A stretch of 64,000 bases of DNA from Podarcis melisellensis (Eukaryota), in NCBI GenBank assembly GCA_964234715.1, contig OZ174279.1. The stretch is one strand, 5' to 3'. The notes under the pieces were generated by a model that was given only the letters and a program-made list of their open reading frames with translations, did not search any database and was not told the origin of the DNA. Below, in pieces: positions 1-12,987 of this stretch. Every line of letters starts with the position of its first letter. Position 1 is the stretch's first letter. A program made the position numbers and the translations under genes.

Positions 1-3000
1 CGTATTGGAGCTGATGCTGTTTGATCTGTGCACCCAAACTTCATGCTTATTCCTATTACCTGACCCAGAAAAGCAAGCCTCAGGTGGTTGAGCTCAAGCA
101 GATTCCAGCCTATATGCAGAGATTCTGGGGGTTTTTCAGCTTTTTCCTGTCCCAATGTGCAACAGCCTTTCTCCATTCCTTCAGTGTCCTGTGTGCTTCC
201 CAGGCGTAGGTTTGGGGCAAAGAGTGAGTCATGATTTAAGCGCACATTCTAATGCAAGGATGAGGAGCCTGTGGCCATCCAAATCTTGTTAGATTCCAAC
301 TCCCATCAACAAGGCAAATAGTCAGGGATGCTGGGAATTCTACTTCAACATCATTTGGAGTACCAGAAGTTCCCCACACAACTTCTAATGTGTGTTGTCC
401 TCCTTTTCTAGTTAAATCTCAAATGGTTCTCCTCTGATGTCATCCTTTCCTGATCTAGAAGCTCATTGAGTTGAGGAAGAATCACACCCCCAACATATTC
501 CCTCTGCTTGTTGGTCTCTAGAATTCAGTGAATATTCAAAGGATTTCTGTCGCTGGGTCAAGTTGCCCAGTGGAGGTGGTCAGACTCATTTTCAGCTCTC
601 CCCTACTAGACCTGGGCTCAGTATTTCAAGATGGTACTTCCTCCTGCATTCACTGTCCATCCCAGCCTATTTCTGGACCCAATGAGTGGCATATTGCTCT
701 GAAGCATGAACTTGTCTCTGTCATTTCCAGAGTCACACACAACTGTTTGGTAGGATGCTGGCAACGAGCGCTGAAAAATTGAGGAACATCAACGGCTGCA
801 TTTCGTACCAACTTCACTCTCTAGTGATGTTAATTCTGTATTTAGCAGGTGCCAGTCTTGAGTTTTGTAAATTTCATTGTGATAGGTGTATCTTCTTGAG
901 GAAGGCAGAGAAATAGCCTAACTTGTGGATGGACTGAATATGGGTGGAACTTAACTGCCTGCGAGAGATGACGATGTCAGCTCTGGTTTACCATGAGGAC
1001 TTCTTGAAGTTAAGCCCATTTCTTGAGAGTGAAGTTGAGATTCTAAATGATGCCAGTACCTTGGGCTGAAAGTGTGCTTGCTGTAATGTTGATCTCAATA
1101 TCCTTGGGAAATAGTAATGATACCATTTATTGTTTAAGTACCTAACCCAGGGGTAGGGAACCTGCTGCCCTCCAGATGCTGCTGGACTCCCACCATCCCT
1201 GACCTCCAGCAACATCTGGTGCCCCATCCCTGGTTTAATGTAACTGAATAGTAATGACTGAAAATGTATTTCAGCTCTGAACTCCTTGTTCTCCAAGCCC
1301 CATGCTCTGTCAGCCACACCACACACTACCTGATTTGTCCAGGTAGAATGAGGACACCATTGGTCCTCCTGCCCTCCTTTGCCAGTTTCCCATACTATTT
1401 GTCAGGAAAGTTCATTTCACAGCTGGGCATCAGAGCTTAGGTGTATATTCATAATGCATATTCAGAAGGATGCATTTTGTCCTCTGTGCCATTGGCTATA
1501 GCACCCAAGTCCCTAAAACTGGCATGTTAGAGTCATCCTTGTGTTTGCCTGAGGATCAAGACAAGTTCCTCATGGGCCATGCCTCAGTTTTCCTAGGTCA
1601 TGCAATAGGCATTTATGGTTAGTAAGGAATGAATAACTTTAGTTCACTCTGGAGTCAAGGCACTCAGAATTTGTCAGTCTACCTTAGCTCAGCATCCATG
1701 GTTGAGGTTTAACAGAGGCAAACAGAAACAGAATCATCAGGTTTAGCCAGCAGCTTGTGTTCTTCTCAAGATTTAAAGCCAGTTTGGCTTTATGCTTTAT
1801 GTTTGGCTTTATGTTTAACACAGGTGCACCCTTGCTTGGATGGCAAACACCAGAAAATATGAATTCTGGTATTCTGATTTAGTCTGTGCCAACTGTTCAC
1901 ATGTGAACTTTTTTGTTTGTTTAAAAGTAGCACTTTTAAGGTGCTGGACTGTCTCTGCCCAAGTCCCCTTTGTCCACCCCTTTCACTGCTGTTCACAGGC
2001 TTTTTGCTGCCTGATCAACTGATGTTTCAGAGTTTGGGGTGGGGAGGGAGAGCATGTATTCAGCAAGATGATGTCATGCAGCCAATTTGATTTGGCTGTG
2101 TGCAAACACTGTCAAGCCAATTCATAGCGAGAGTAGTGTTTCCTGCATCACATTATATCCTCACTCTCAATATGCTCTGGGGATGACAGGGAGAGTGCTT
2201 ATCAGGGCGGTAGGGCCATCACCCGTTTTAACACCCACCCCAGTGGAAAAAGCATTTGCAAAAAGCCCTTCTTCCTGCCACACACACATTTTGTCTCACC
2301 CTAAGTGCAGTGTCGTTTGTTCCATTGTGTTGAAATCCTTGTGAGAATTGGGATATTTCCAATCAAACACTGCAGGTGCAAATGGGAAAGTTGGCTTCTT
2401 TGCTTCCTGTTAAAACAAATGGAATCCCCCCCCCCTACGTCTTTCCCTGGCTCTGCCTCTTTAAAAGACTCACCCGTTCATGGAACATGCTGCTCAATGG
2501 GGCTTGCTCCCCTAATGTTCCAACCTGATACAAAAGACAATGTAGATTAAGAACATTTCCCCTGTAGCTGGCTGCAGACAGTTAATCAAATTGCCCCAAG
2601 AAAAGAGAGATTCAATTTGTGTGAAGGGTGGAAAAGAAGATTAACTTGGTTCAAAACAGAATATTTGGTGTGAGGGATCAACTGGTATCCTCGCAGCGGC
2701 TTCTCCAGGGACTGAATCGCAACAACTAGGCACTTGATGTATCAGCCCGGATTTGCTGAAATCTTGGACCGCCAATATTTATGCAATATCCTGCATAAAG
2801 TATGGAGCTGGATGGAAGGTTTTTGCATCTATCATGCCCCCCTCCCAGACATGCATGTTTATTAGTTGAGGGGGTTTGCCAGTGGCCTGCAAGGAAAGGT
2901 GCCTCTGATTCAAACTCCAAGCTCAGGTGGGCCTGGTGTCATCTCTCTTTTTCTGCAAGTATAAAAACCTGAATTTTGGCCACGAGAATGTGACTTTTTG

Positions 3001-3986
3001 GACTCTGCCATAAGCAAGGGTATCATCTAATGTTAACTAGTGAGAAGATGCATTTTTTTGTTTTTATGTTAAAATTATATTATCTTTAATGCAATTTCTT
3101 TTCTTAAATGTAATATAAGTTGTTACCATATTTCCCCTTAGGATTCAAGGGTCTGCACCCTTATTATTTGGTCTGCCAGTGCTTTGTTCCTGCTCCAGAG
3201 GAGCTTCAGTGGTACTAGGATACAAGCCTGCTTATAGTTTGACTCTTTCCCATAAAACCTTTGTACTTAATCTTAGGGCCTTAGTACATCATTTTTATCA
3301 TGCATTCATGTATTGATAGTGCTATCTACATGGTCATACACAGTCCCACTTTCAATACTGTTTGAAACGTTTGCAAACGTTTTGGGGTGGTCACACTGCT
3401 TCATTCCCAATCAGTGCCTATCTTATAACTTCCTGCTAAAATCCCATAACTTATTATACCACCAACAAACTGGTTTATCTTGTTGCACTGTAACCCCTCC
3501 AATAATGTGGTAGCATTGGGGAAGCATTGCAGACCAACTAATGAAGTAGAACAAACCCACTGCTAATGGACTATTACTGTGTCAAGAGCAAGTTACATTA
3601 ATGCATATGAAATAAAACAGTCTGGACGGGTCTCTAGGTGTGCAGAAGCAGATTGTGGCTAATGAATGAAAGGCACTCTGCACATGCCCTAAGGTGCTCT
3701 CTTCTGTATTATTCATTCACATGCCATTAGAGCTGGGCCCAGTCCAAATAAAGCACAGACTCTCCTGTTAAAAGTGCCCTGGAATGCTGTGAGCTCCCTG
3801 TGACACTGGGCGAAGAGAAATGATTCTGGATCAATTAACCAGATTGAGACAGTAACATCTGTAGCCAAAAATAGCCTTTTGTCAATATTTGGCTGAGCTT
3901 TATTAATAATCAGCTCCCACTCTGATTAGCAGCTTTGTAATAAGATTCAGCTGTGACCTAAATTTAACTCTCCTAATGGATAAAGC

Positions 3987-4042
3987 AGAAGAAGAAGAAG
4001 AAGAAGAAGAAGAAGAAGAAGAAGAAGAAGAAGAAGAAGAAG
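3987..4042 (+). repeat. (GAA)n microsatellite
   Basis: Direct observation. Confidence 0.95.
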
Positions 4043-4561
4043 GTATTAGCCATCATTAGATCAGCCTGACCAGGCCAGGTAATCTAGGTGAGTGAGCTCC
4101 CAGCTGCAGGAAAGGGCATCCATGTCATCAGTGATGACCCCTCATTTCCTGAGCATTGCCTTAGCTGAACAGACGGCACAGGCAGATTCAAATTCTGTAG
4201 GACCCACGTTCCGCTGCTGGCTGAGTTGCGTTTTAAGGAATCTGTTGCTGTTATATAACTATGAAATGGTCCATGTGATCCATTGCCCTATTTCAAATAG
4301 AAATCAAAGCTGGGGTGTGTGTAATTAACCCATAACTGACAGAGATGGGATTGTGTTGGAATATATATATAATATTTATGCTGTTCAGACAAAAAGGCTC
4401 CCAGGGCAGCTTACAACAACCAGTAGTAGGATTGTAAGCCTGAGGACAGGGACTCTCTAAGAAGACATGGCACAGAAGGAAAAAGGGTGGGGAGGGAGGG
4501 AGGAAACAGGAAGCTCAGGAACCAGTTCTTAAAGTTACAGTCTTTATAACACAGTTATATA

Positions 4562-4820
4562 CCGTATTTTTTGCTCTATAAGACTCACTTTTTCCCTCCT
4601 AAAAAGTAAGGGGAAATGTGTGTGCATCTTATGGAACGAATGCATGCTGCGCAGCTATCCCAGAAGCCAGAACAGCAAGAGGGATTGCTGCTTTCACTGC
4701 GCAGCGATCCCTCTTGCTGTTCTGGCTTCTGAGGTTCAGAATATTTTTTTTCTTGTTTTCCTCCTCCAAAAACTAAGTGTGTCTTGTGGTCTGGTGCGTC
4801 TTATAGAGCGAAAAATATGA
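4562..4820. mobile_element. Tc1/mariner-type MITE
   Basis: TIRs CCGTATTTTTTGCTCTATAAGAC / GTCTTATAGAGCGAAAAATATGA (decayed); TA on both flanks. Confidence 0.75.
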
Positions 4821-5712
4821 TAGTTCTACCTACAGATTCTAGAGAGCAGCCCCTCTCTGGAGGTGCTCCCTCCTCCTCAAGGTTATATCTAGGAACAGAG
4901 CGGGTGGAAATGTTTGTGTCAAGAGGGCAGGATTGTTCTTGGCACACAGTTCTTCCCTCAGTCAGCTGATTCGAGGACAGTCAGAATCCTCCTAAAGAAA
5001 GGCCTTGATGGAGTTGCCTGCCTCCCTTGCTGTTCCCTGCGGTGGTTCTGGCTGTCTTGGCAAAGAGCAAGCTCTTCCTGGGAGCACCTTTCCCCTCTCT
5101 AGATCAGATCGGGGAATCTGCCGAGAAAGGACAGAGTGTTTTGTGATGGTCTTGTGCGGCACGGTATCCAGAAAATGCTGCCTGCATTTTTGGCTTATTT
5201 CTGGGGAGAGAGCGATGAAGGATGCTCTGGTGTCCAGAGCCTTCAGCTCAAATTCTCCAAGTACCTCCAGTCTCCCTTGGGCTTGCAGAAGAAGGCAGCC
5301 ATCCTGGGTTTTGTTTTTTGTTTTTTAAATTGAATGCAAATGGCTTTTTGTGATCTGGCAACCCATCCTGCACAGTGCTTGATGGGGGCAGGCTGCAGCG
5401 TTTGACTCCATGCCCTTGGGTCATGGGGCCACACATTCACAATGGCACGGAAAATTAGTGGCTGTGCTTTAAACCTTTGCCGATGTGCAACTCTGTCTGC
5501 TATTTTTACCCAGGCAGGTGGGTGACTGTTTAATTTTAGCTCAGTGCCAGCACTGTCTCGCCAGGGAACTGGTGTGTGTGTGTGTTCACAGCTTTCTTTT
5601 ACATATAGAGGGAGATAAGTGGGGTGATGACACCAGGTTCTTAGACTCTGACTGCATGCAAAGGTGACAGCACAGTGGTGTACTTATGGCAACACAGGCT
5701 ACGCGTAGAAAA

Positions 5713-5880
5713 GTCATAGCTCAGTGGTAGAGGATTTGCCTTGCATGCAGAAGGTCGCAGGTTCAATCCCCAGCAGGGAGAGGCTGTCTGAAACCCTGGA
5801 GAGCCACTGTCAGTGTAGACAATACTAAGCTAGATGGACCAATGGTCTGATTCTGTATAAGGCAGTTTCTTGTTATCCTA
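5713..5880 (+). mobile_element. tRNA-derived SINE (Squam-type); related copies at ~23040-23140, ~25108-25292, ~31658-31862 and ~43220-43290
   Basis: AGCTCAGTGGTAGAG...GGTTCAATCCCC head and shared tail gtataaggcagcttcct. Confidence 0.7.
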
Positions 5881-6470
5881 AGTGCTTTGAACATTTGAAG
5901 ATGCTATATTATTATACAGTAGTAGTATTAGGCCAAAGGGTGAGCGACTGAGCCCAGACCCCTGGACATTGTCATCTGCTTCACATATAGATCACAAAAG
6001 GATTGTGGCGAAGGGCTGGAGGAGGCAATGTTGCTTGTGTATGCTGCATTTCAGGGTACTTATATTTGGGGGATTATCTTTGTTGTGCTAAAGGTAAGTC
6101 CTTACACACCTCAGGTGAATCATGTCTGGTTAGTGTTTAGAGAGAGACTTACAGACCCCTAAGGATATATACACCTGTTTCCTCTTGGTCTGTCTGTCTT
6201 GTAAAAATGCAGTAACTTTGTGAGTGAAGGAGGAAAATTCTCCCTCTCTGAAATGGAAGAAGGTGACACTGTTTATTCCTGTGGGTTACCCAGTGGTGAC
6301 ATGAAGTGTTTGGACTGTTACTCCCAGGTACCCCTTTAGTTTAACAGAGATTACTTTTCCCTATGCCTGTTTTTGATATCAGCCAACTATTGTTTGTTTG
6401 TTGCTGAGAACATCTGCGGCTAAGGAAGCATTCTGTCTAACCAGAAAGTTTGCTTCCTTCATTTTGCTTC

Positions 6471-7380
6471 CTATACTCTCTATACGTATGACTGTACAGC
6501 CATCTATTCCAGCAACAAAATCATCAAGTTTGCTGATGACACTACGGTGGTGGGGCTCATTTCAGGAGGGGATGAGTCCGCCTATCGGGACGAGGTGGAG
6601 CGGCTCTGTGTTTGGTGTGGAGAGAACAATCTGGCTCTTAATACGGCTAAGACCAAGGAATTGGTGGTGGATTACAGGAAAAAAAAGGCGGACATTCAGC
6701 CCTTGTATATCAACGGGGAACGGGTGGAGAGGGTGGCGGAATTCAGGTTTTTGGGAGTGACTATCGATCAGGGCATGACTTGGAGCGCAAATACCACTGC
6801 TCTGGTGAAGAAGGCCCAGCAGAGAATTTATTTCCTCAGACTTTTAAAGAAGAACAATCTGAGTGAGAGACTGCTGGTGTCCTTCTATCGAGGCTCCATA
6901 GAGAGCATTCTCACATACTGTATTTGTGCTTGGTTCTCCAGTTGTACAGCTAGGGAGAGGAAGGTGCTCCAGAAGGTCATAACCACAGCCCAAAGGATTA
7001 TTGGTCATCCTTTCCCATCTTTGGAAGAACTGTACGGTTCCCGTTGTCTTAGGAAAGCAAACAACATCCTGCAGGATTCATCTCACCCGGGATACAGTCT
7101 GTTTGCACTACTGCCTTCTGGCAGGAGATATAGAAACATCAAGTCAAGGACAAATAGACTGAAAAATAGTTTCTATCCAAGAGCTGTGGCCTTTTTGAAT
7201 GCTGTAACTCGATAGTGTGACCTGGGAGTTTGATGGGTGTGGGTGTGGGTGTGGCTGGAATGTGGTTTGTTTGGTTGTTGTTGTTGTTTTGCTTTTGTTG
7301 TTTTTTAAGGGATGGCATCCAATTTCGTTGCACTTGTGCAATGTTGCACTTGTGTAATGACAATAAAGAATCTATCTATC

Positions 7381-7426
<46 letters not shown>
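6471..7426 (+). mobile_element. 5'-truncated Rex1/Babar-type non-LTR retrotransposon (RT C-terminus, 3' UTR, (ATCT)n tail)
   Basis: Open frame 6472-7215: YTLYTYDC...KFADDTTVVGLI...KKAQQRIYFLR...SHPG...LLPSGRRYR; AATAAA at 7362; tandem tail 7370-7426. Confidence 0.85.
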
Positions 7427-8235
7427 TTTAAACACTAGGCTGGATTGTTGCCTCTCAGCTTTGATGCAATGAATACTGCTAGTAAAACACTTCCTTCAGT
7501 CACTGCTGAAATTTGAGAGCAAAGCTATTTTGGCATCTGGAGGTGGATGAAGCTTAACTGATCACACTCAGGCATGTGCACACACATGTGTGCACACGTA
7601 CAGACTTCAGAGACATAGTACTTCTTAATTGGCACCTCATGCCTCCTGGAGAAGAGTTGCAGCAAAGTTTGTAGATAGGGCTGGGGTAGACCCCTGGCAG
7701 AAAGCTTGGAGGACTGCTGCTTGTGAATTTAGACTAGGGGTGTCTTCCAGATGTTGATGGACTACAACTCCTATCATACCCAGCCAGCTTAGCCTGTGGT
7801 CAGGGATGATGGGAGTTGTAGTCCAACAACATTTGAGGACCCATTTGAAGAAGGCTGATCAAGATGAATCAATTGTCTGAGAGTATAGGGCAGCTCCCTG
7901 CGGACCATTTACTCCCTGGGTGGGGCACAAAACACCTCCATATTGATATCTAACCAAGGTTTCAGAACAGTGAGCCTTGCTGCTCTAAGCAGTTGGCTTA
8001 GGGAAGAGGAAGGAAGTGTGTGAGAGTAAGAATTAAATTTGAAAGACCATAAGAAGTTGCCGTAGGTGAAGATGGACACTCCTGGCCTCCATATCTTACC
8101 TTGGGGGAGATTTGAGCTGTGGAGGGAGTTACTGTTTCTTCAAGCAGGCAAAAAGCAAAGCAGAAACCCAGCTACTTCTGCACATTCATTTAATGTGCAG
8201 TTTAATTAAGCACAATTTAATAACTTCCCATTCAT

Positions 8236-8465
8236 TATATATAAAGCTCCGTGGGGAGGGGGGAGGGAAGCCCCAAACTGCCAGGCCAGGTGGCAACCCT
8301 TGCTGTGGGACAGAGGCTGCCTCAGTTTGTGGGGTGGGTAGGGGGTAGTGAGTTCACACAGGAAGATCCAACGCAGTAGGTCCTGATCCTGCCCAAGTAG
8401 CTCACCTTCCCCTTCTCCAATGCTCACCCCACTGGGCTCCCCCCGGGCCAGCCAGTTATTTTTAG
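8236..8465 (+). promoter_or_regulatory. Putative promoter motifs upstream of the 8640 exon: TATATATAAA (8236-8245) and MEF2 consensus TTATTTTTAG (8456-8465)
   Basis: Direct motif matches (YTAWWWWTAR); function inferred only. Confidence 0.4.
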
Positions 8466-8639
8466 ACAGGCGCCATGTGTTGGAAGGAGAACAATTAATG
8501 TAATTGGTTTGGGGAGCCTCGTTTGTGCACGGGGCCGAGAGTGGCTCTGAATCTGCCTGGGAGAGGCTGGCACCAACGTAGCAGAGGACCGGGGGGAGCC
8601 AAGGGAAAGCAGGGTGGGCAACGCATCTGGCATGGAGAC

Positions 8640-8757
8640 ATGGAGAGGGAAACGCCACACAGTGACAGCCTCTTGTATGCCTCCCTTATCGTCATCCTCC
8701 TGGTCATGTCCTACTGGTTCACAACCAAGTGCTTCAAGATCCTCAGTGGTATTGAAG
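8640..8757 (+). CDS. KCNIP2: Candidate alternative first coding exon of KCNIP2 encoding a hydrophobic (putative TM) N-terminus MERETPHSDSLLYASLIVILLVMSYWFTTKCFKILSGIE
   Basis: Strong Kozak gacATGG; 39 codons + 1 nt, then donor GAAG|GTAAAT. Phase 1 matches the acceptors at 39600 and 40929. Upstream TATA-like and MEF2-like motifs. I do not recognise it as a named isoform. Confidence 0.6.
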
Positions 8758-9086
8758 GTAAATTGTGGGCTGTGGGGGGTGGAGGGTGTTTGGTGGAAAG
8801 GAAGTGCTGAAGGCAAACCCCAGATGGAAACGCTGGGAATCGGGAGGAAAGGGGTTTCTTGCCGCATAGCAGGCAGCAAGGATAAGGGGCTCCCAGCTCC
8901 TTTACAGCCGCAGTGTCTTCTCTTTTTCTTCTTCTGCAATTGCTTTACTCTACCTGCACATTTCTTCCTTCCCTGGGTCCCTGATCTCTTAGCACGTTGG
9001 TAGTGGGCTACCCAGTTCCCCTCAGTTTGTAAAGTCCCCATACCTGTGCACTGATCCATGTTCCCAAATTAATGCATGGTCTAATG

Positions 9087-9263
9087 TGGTAGTCTTCAGC
9101 GTTTTGAGACCCAGGACCCGCTTTTAGTCCAAACATTCATTGGGGGGTCTTCTTCTTAATCTTTTACCATATATTTGCATGGTGGTAGTGCTCCTGTTGT
9201 GGCCCACCTTGGATTCAGCTGCAACCCAATAGTGGGTCCCAACTCACCAGCTGAAGACCAGTG
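9087..9263. mobile_element. hAT-type MITE
   Basis: Short TIRs (gtcttcagc/gctgaagac); perfect 8-bp TSD GTCTAATG (9079-9086, 9264-9271). Confidence 0.75.
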
Positions 9264-9527
9264 GTCTAATGGACAGCCTTGGGGCTTAAATTCCTAAAGG
9301 GAGACTTTGGAGAACCGCAGGTCATCCTCCTCTGACCTGGGGTGGGGCTTTCCCCCATCTAAACCCAGTTGTATTGTGTCTAGTTATGGTTACTTAGAGG
9401 TAGGAGAAAGCACTCTGCACATGCTCTTAACCTGATCTTTGTGCCATGCCCATTTGGAGCAGGAAGTGGGGTTTCTTCAGGAGGAGCAGCTGTGTTTCCG
9501 ACAACAGAGGTGTCACATGAAATACAA

Positions 9528-9668
9528 CAGGGATGGGGAACCTGTGGCCCTCCAGACATTGTTGGACTCCAGTTCCCATCAGCCCTCTGCCAGTATGGCC
9601 CAATGATCAGGGATGATGGGAGTTGTATGCCAGAAACATCCAGAGGGCCACAGGTTGCCCCACTCCTG
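9528..9668. mobile_element. Palindromic hAT-like MITE. Representative of a family with further copies near 257, 1148, 7735, 10925, 13870, 27795, 35325, 39232, 43918, 44820, 51657, 54405 and 55808
   Basis: CAGGGATGGGGAACCTGTGGCCCTCCAGA...GAGGGCCACAGGTTGCCCCACTCCTG; 8-bp TSD AAATACAA/AAATACAG. Confidence 0.75.
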
Positions 9669-10458
9669 AAATACAGAATCGATACCTTCTAACTTTAATG
9701 TAGCTTTCAGTGCATCCAAGTTCCCTGCATCAGAAGGTGCAAAGAAGAGGCTGCAAGCTGTGGGGGCCAATGCATTAAGAGGGCGGAACCAACAGAGAGA
9801 GAAAAAGGGAGGGAGGGAGGGTAGGTGGGTGCCTGCCAAGTGCTGACACTTAAAACCTCAGGAGCAAAGCGAAAGCAAACTGGACAACATTTCAGAGTCT
9901 CATCTCTTCTTTCCACCCCCAGATTTATGGGCTCAGTATTCTATACTGACAGAAGCATTTGTTGGTAATCCATTTGTGAATTTCCTACTTGCTATTAATG
10001 AATTCAGAGTGATGTCGCTTATTTGTTATAAATAATTTCTGAAGCACTTCAGTATGTCAGGTGTTTTACTACTCATCATCTCACTTGCCTCTCTGTCCCT
10101 GTGAAGTAGGTCATTGCAATTTCCGTTATAAGGACAATAAGTCAAGGCTGAAGTCCTTTCAGCAGGATCAAACAAAAGTGCCCCAGCCACATTTCCTGAT
10201 TTGTGTGATGCTCTTGCAAATTTGAATCCAGTCCTAAGAGTGCACTATTGCTGCTGTTTCTCCTTTCCCCCTTTTTGGAGTAACTCCCACTAACTACATG
10301 TAGTCCATCACACAGTGGTGCCAGGGCAGGTCTTCAGAGCAGGAGTCCAGGGCCTCACTCAGCAGAATGGGTAGCCCCCTCCCAAATATGCAGCAGGAGG
10401 GGGGACTCACCACAGTGTGCAGGAAGTGAAGCAACATACATTGCCATTTAAGAACCCC

Positions 10459-10810
10459 TTTGTTTAGTCGTTTAGTTGTGTCTGACTCTTCGTGATCCCA
10501 TGGACCAGACACGCCAGGCACTCCTGTCTTCCACTGCCTCCCGCAGTTTGGTCAAACTCATGCTGGTAGCTTTGACAACACTGTCCAACCATCTTGTCCT
10601 CTGTCGTCCCCTTCTCCTTGTGCCCTCCATCTTTCCCAACATCAGGGTCTTTTCCAGGGAGTCTTCTCTTCTCATTAGGTGGCCAAAGTATTGGAGCCTC
10701 AGCTTCATGATCTGTCCTTCCAGTGAGCACTCAGGGCTGATTTCCTTAAGAATGGATAGGTTTGATCTTCTTGCAGTCCGTGGGACTCTCAAGAGTCTCC
10801 TCCAGCACCA
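10459..10810 (-). mobile_element. RTE-BovB LINE 3' fragment
   Basis: RVPRTARRSNLSILKEISPECSLEG...YFGHLMRR...LEKTLMLGK; 11-bp TSD TTAAGAACCCC (10448-10458, 10811-10821). Confidence 0.9.
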
Positions 10811-11384
10811 TTAAGAACCCCCACCCACTCATAAAACCACTAAGTCCTGTTTTTACATTTGCCAGCAAATGAAGGAGGGAGGGAAGAGAGGAAGGAAGGA
10901 AGCATCTCATGGATGCTATCATTCAAGGATGATGGGAGTTGCAGTCCAACACCTCCCATCTTCCCCGATCATTGGCCATACCAGCTGGCGCTGATAAGTG
11001 TTGGAGCCTGACCACACCCAAAGCTTCCCCATTCCTGATGTACCCAGATGATTCATGCATTGACCACGGGGTTAGATTTGATGGCCCCCAATGTCTCTCC
11101 CAATTCATGATTCTGTGAACTCAAGGCAGCTGAGAGTTGGTGGGTGGATGTAATTTTGATGCCTTTGCTGCTTATTTAAGTTTTAGTTGCTGCTGTTTGG
11201 ATGAATGTGCCAGTGCTGGAATTGTGTCTAGGACCCCAGCAACATGGGAGCCAGGCATGGACTTGTGAACTGAGGCAGGAGAGCTGCAGGCAAATGAAGA
11301 CTAAGAGCTGGACACCAGGTTCTAGGACACAATAGGTCAGGGGCTGTGAAGAAGACTGGAGAGAGAAGCTTATTCTGTATTCTA

Positions 11385-12925
11385 TACCGTCTACAATATG
11401 TTTGTCCACACTGAACATGCACAGCTATTGAGATTGCCATCTGTGCAAAGTGTCATATTTTCTCAGGTCTTATATTTCTAATATGGGGGAGTGTGGGAGT
11501 GATGTCCCTGAAACATAAGGCCATCTTCCATGAAAGGCATGTGAACTGTGTTCAGCAAAAAAAAAAAAAAGTAATTCTGGAGAAAAGTGGAATATGTATG
11601 TCCTGTATTAACCAAAAAGGAGCCTGAAAAGTGTAAGCCATTGAAAAACCACAGAAGTTAAGTATTCAGTCTATCTCTTGCTATTGCCTGACCAGACACA
11701 ACTTGTGTAGACAGTTCCTTGGAAGTGCTGATCAACCGGCATTCTTCATCTCTCACTGGGATGACATATATACTGCCGTTTGTTCTAATTTGCAGTTTTA
11801 TCAGAATGCTTTGATTGGTTTCCAGAAGCACCTGGCTCCTGAGATTATAAACTATACCTGGAAATAGGAGCAGGAAATGTAACCCACATACACTTCAACC
11901 TGCTTGATCTATTCTTTACAAGAGTGGGCCATGAGATCCTTATGTGTACACCTTATAAAAAATAAATACTTAGGCTTCACATCAGTTTCGAGTTGTGGGA
12001 TGTGAGGGTGGGAGGGAGTGTGTGGGAAGATAGGGGTGGGAATGTATGGTGCATGTGAACCATCTACTGTATTTATGTACATGGAATTAGCTTAAATACA
12101 TGGTGTGGCGATGTCAGCAGTCTTGAGCAGGGTGCTAGGGTGAAAGCAATTAAAAATTAAGGTTGCACAGATTTTTTTGAGCTTTAAATTTGGGCATGAA
12201 AATTAAGCCTCCCTTATTCAGGAAGAGGAGTGTGTGATTATTAGTGGTCTTTTGCATCATTTTCCTTCATGCCTTCTGTCATGCATCTGCTAGAGGAGTC
12301 CTCCTCAGATGAAAAATTGCTGCTCCCTGGGGGGAACCATATGGAGGAAGAAGTGAGGCAGACCCAGGCCTATCAGACTAGACTGTTAACATCCCAAGCC
12401 TGGGCTGAGCCACCTCCAGGCCCTGCTAAGCTATCTACCAAGGAATGCAGGAGTTGTTTCTCCAACCAGGAGTTGCCCAATCCTACATTTAAAGCCTGAA
12501 TCTCTTGTGTCTGTAGTGCGATGCTAACTGCTACGTTCCAGATTCCTCTGCTACATAATGCTGTTCTGTACTTCAGTTCTTACCAGACTTCCCCTTCTCT
12601 TCCCGATTTCCTCTAGGCTGCGTTGTCACATGCGTGTCCTTCATTTCACCATCCAGGTTTCTAAAGTATGGGTGGTGGGCTGCTGTGGGAGTGATGAAAT
12701 CCACTTGGCCACTTTATGGCTAAGAAAGCACGGTGGTGTGAGGAATATTGTCCCAAGTCAGTGTCACTAGCTCCCACTAATTTGGTGCCAGACTATTATT
12801 GTCTTGAGGGTCCCCGAGTAGATGTGGGTCCCCAGATGTTTCTTGCCTACCACCCAAGTCCTTGCACAGCACCCCCTGAGTTCTGCTTCATCCACCTGAA
12901 AAGCATCCACCCCACAGAACCCCTA
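11385..12925 (+). repeat. Copy A of a diverged local duplication (copy B at ~16233-17297)
   Basis: Colinear similarity over ~1 kb; copy A has ~450 bp extra (12190-12635). Confidence 0.85.
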
Positions 12926-12987
12926 CAATTAATGCAGGATGTTAGAAGGAATTTTGCTCTTGCATTTGGATCTGAGCAGCTTGCCGT

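Noticed and set aside
5713-5790. tRNA-like sequences here and at 63729 and 39000-39082
   Set aside because: These are SINE heads with no complete cloverleaf, each followed by SINE body sequence.
8206-9059. Overlapping minus-strand ORFs (150 aa, 211 aa)
   Set aside because: No recognisable homology or splice structure; they overlap the better-supported + strand candidate exon.
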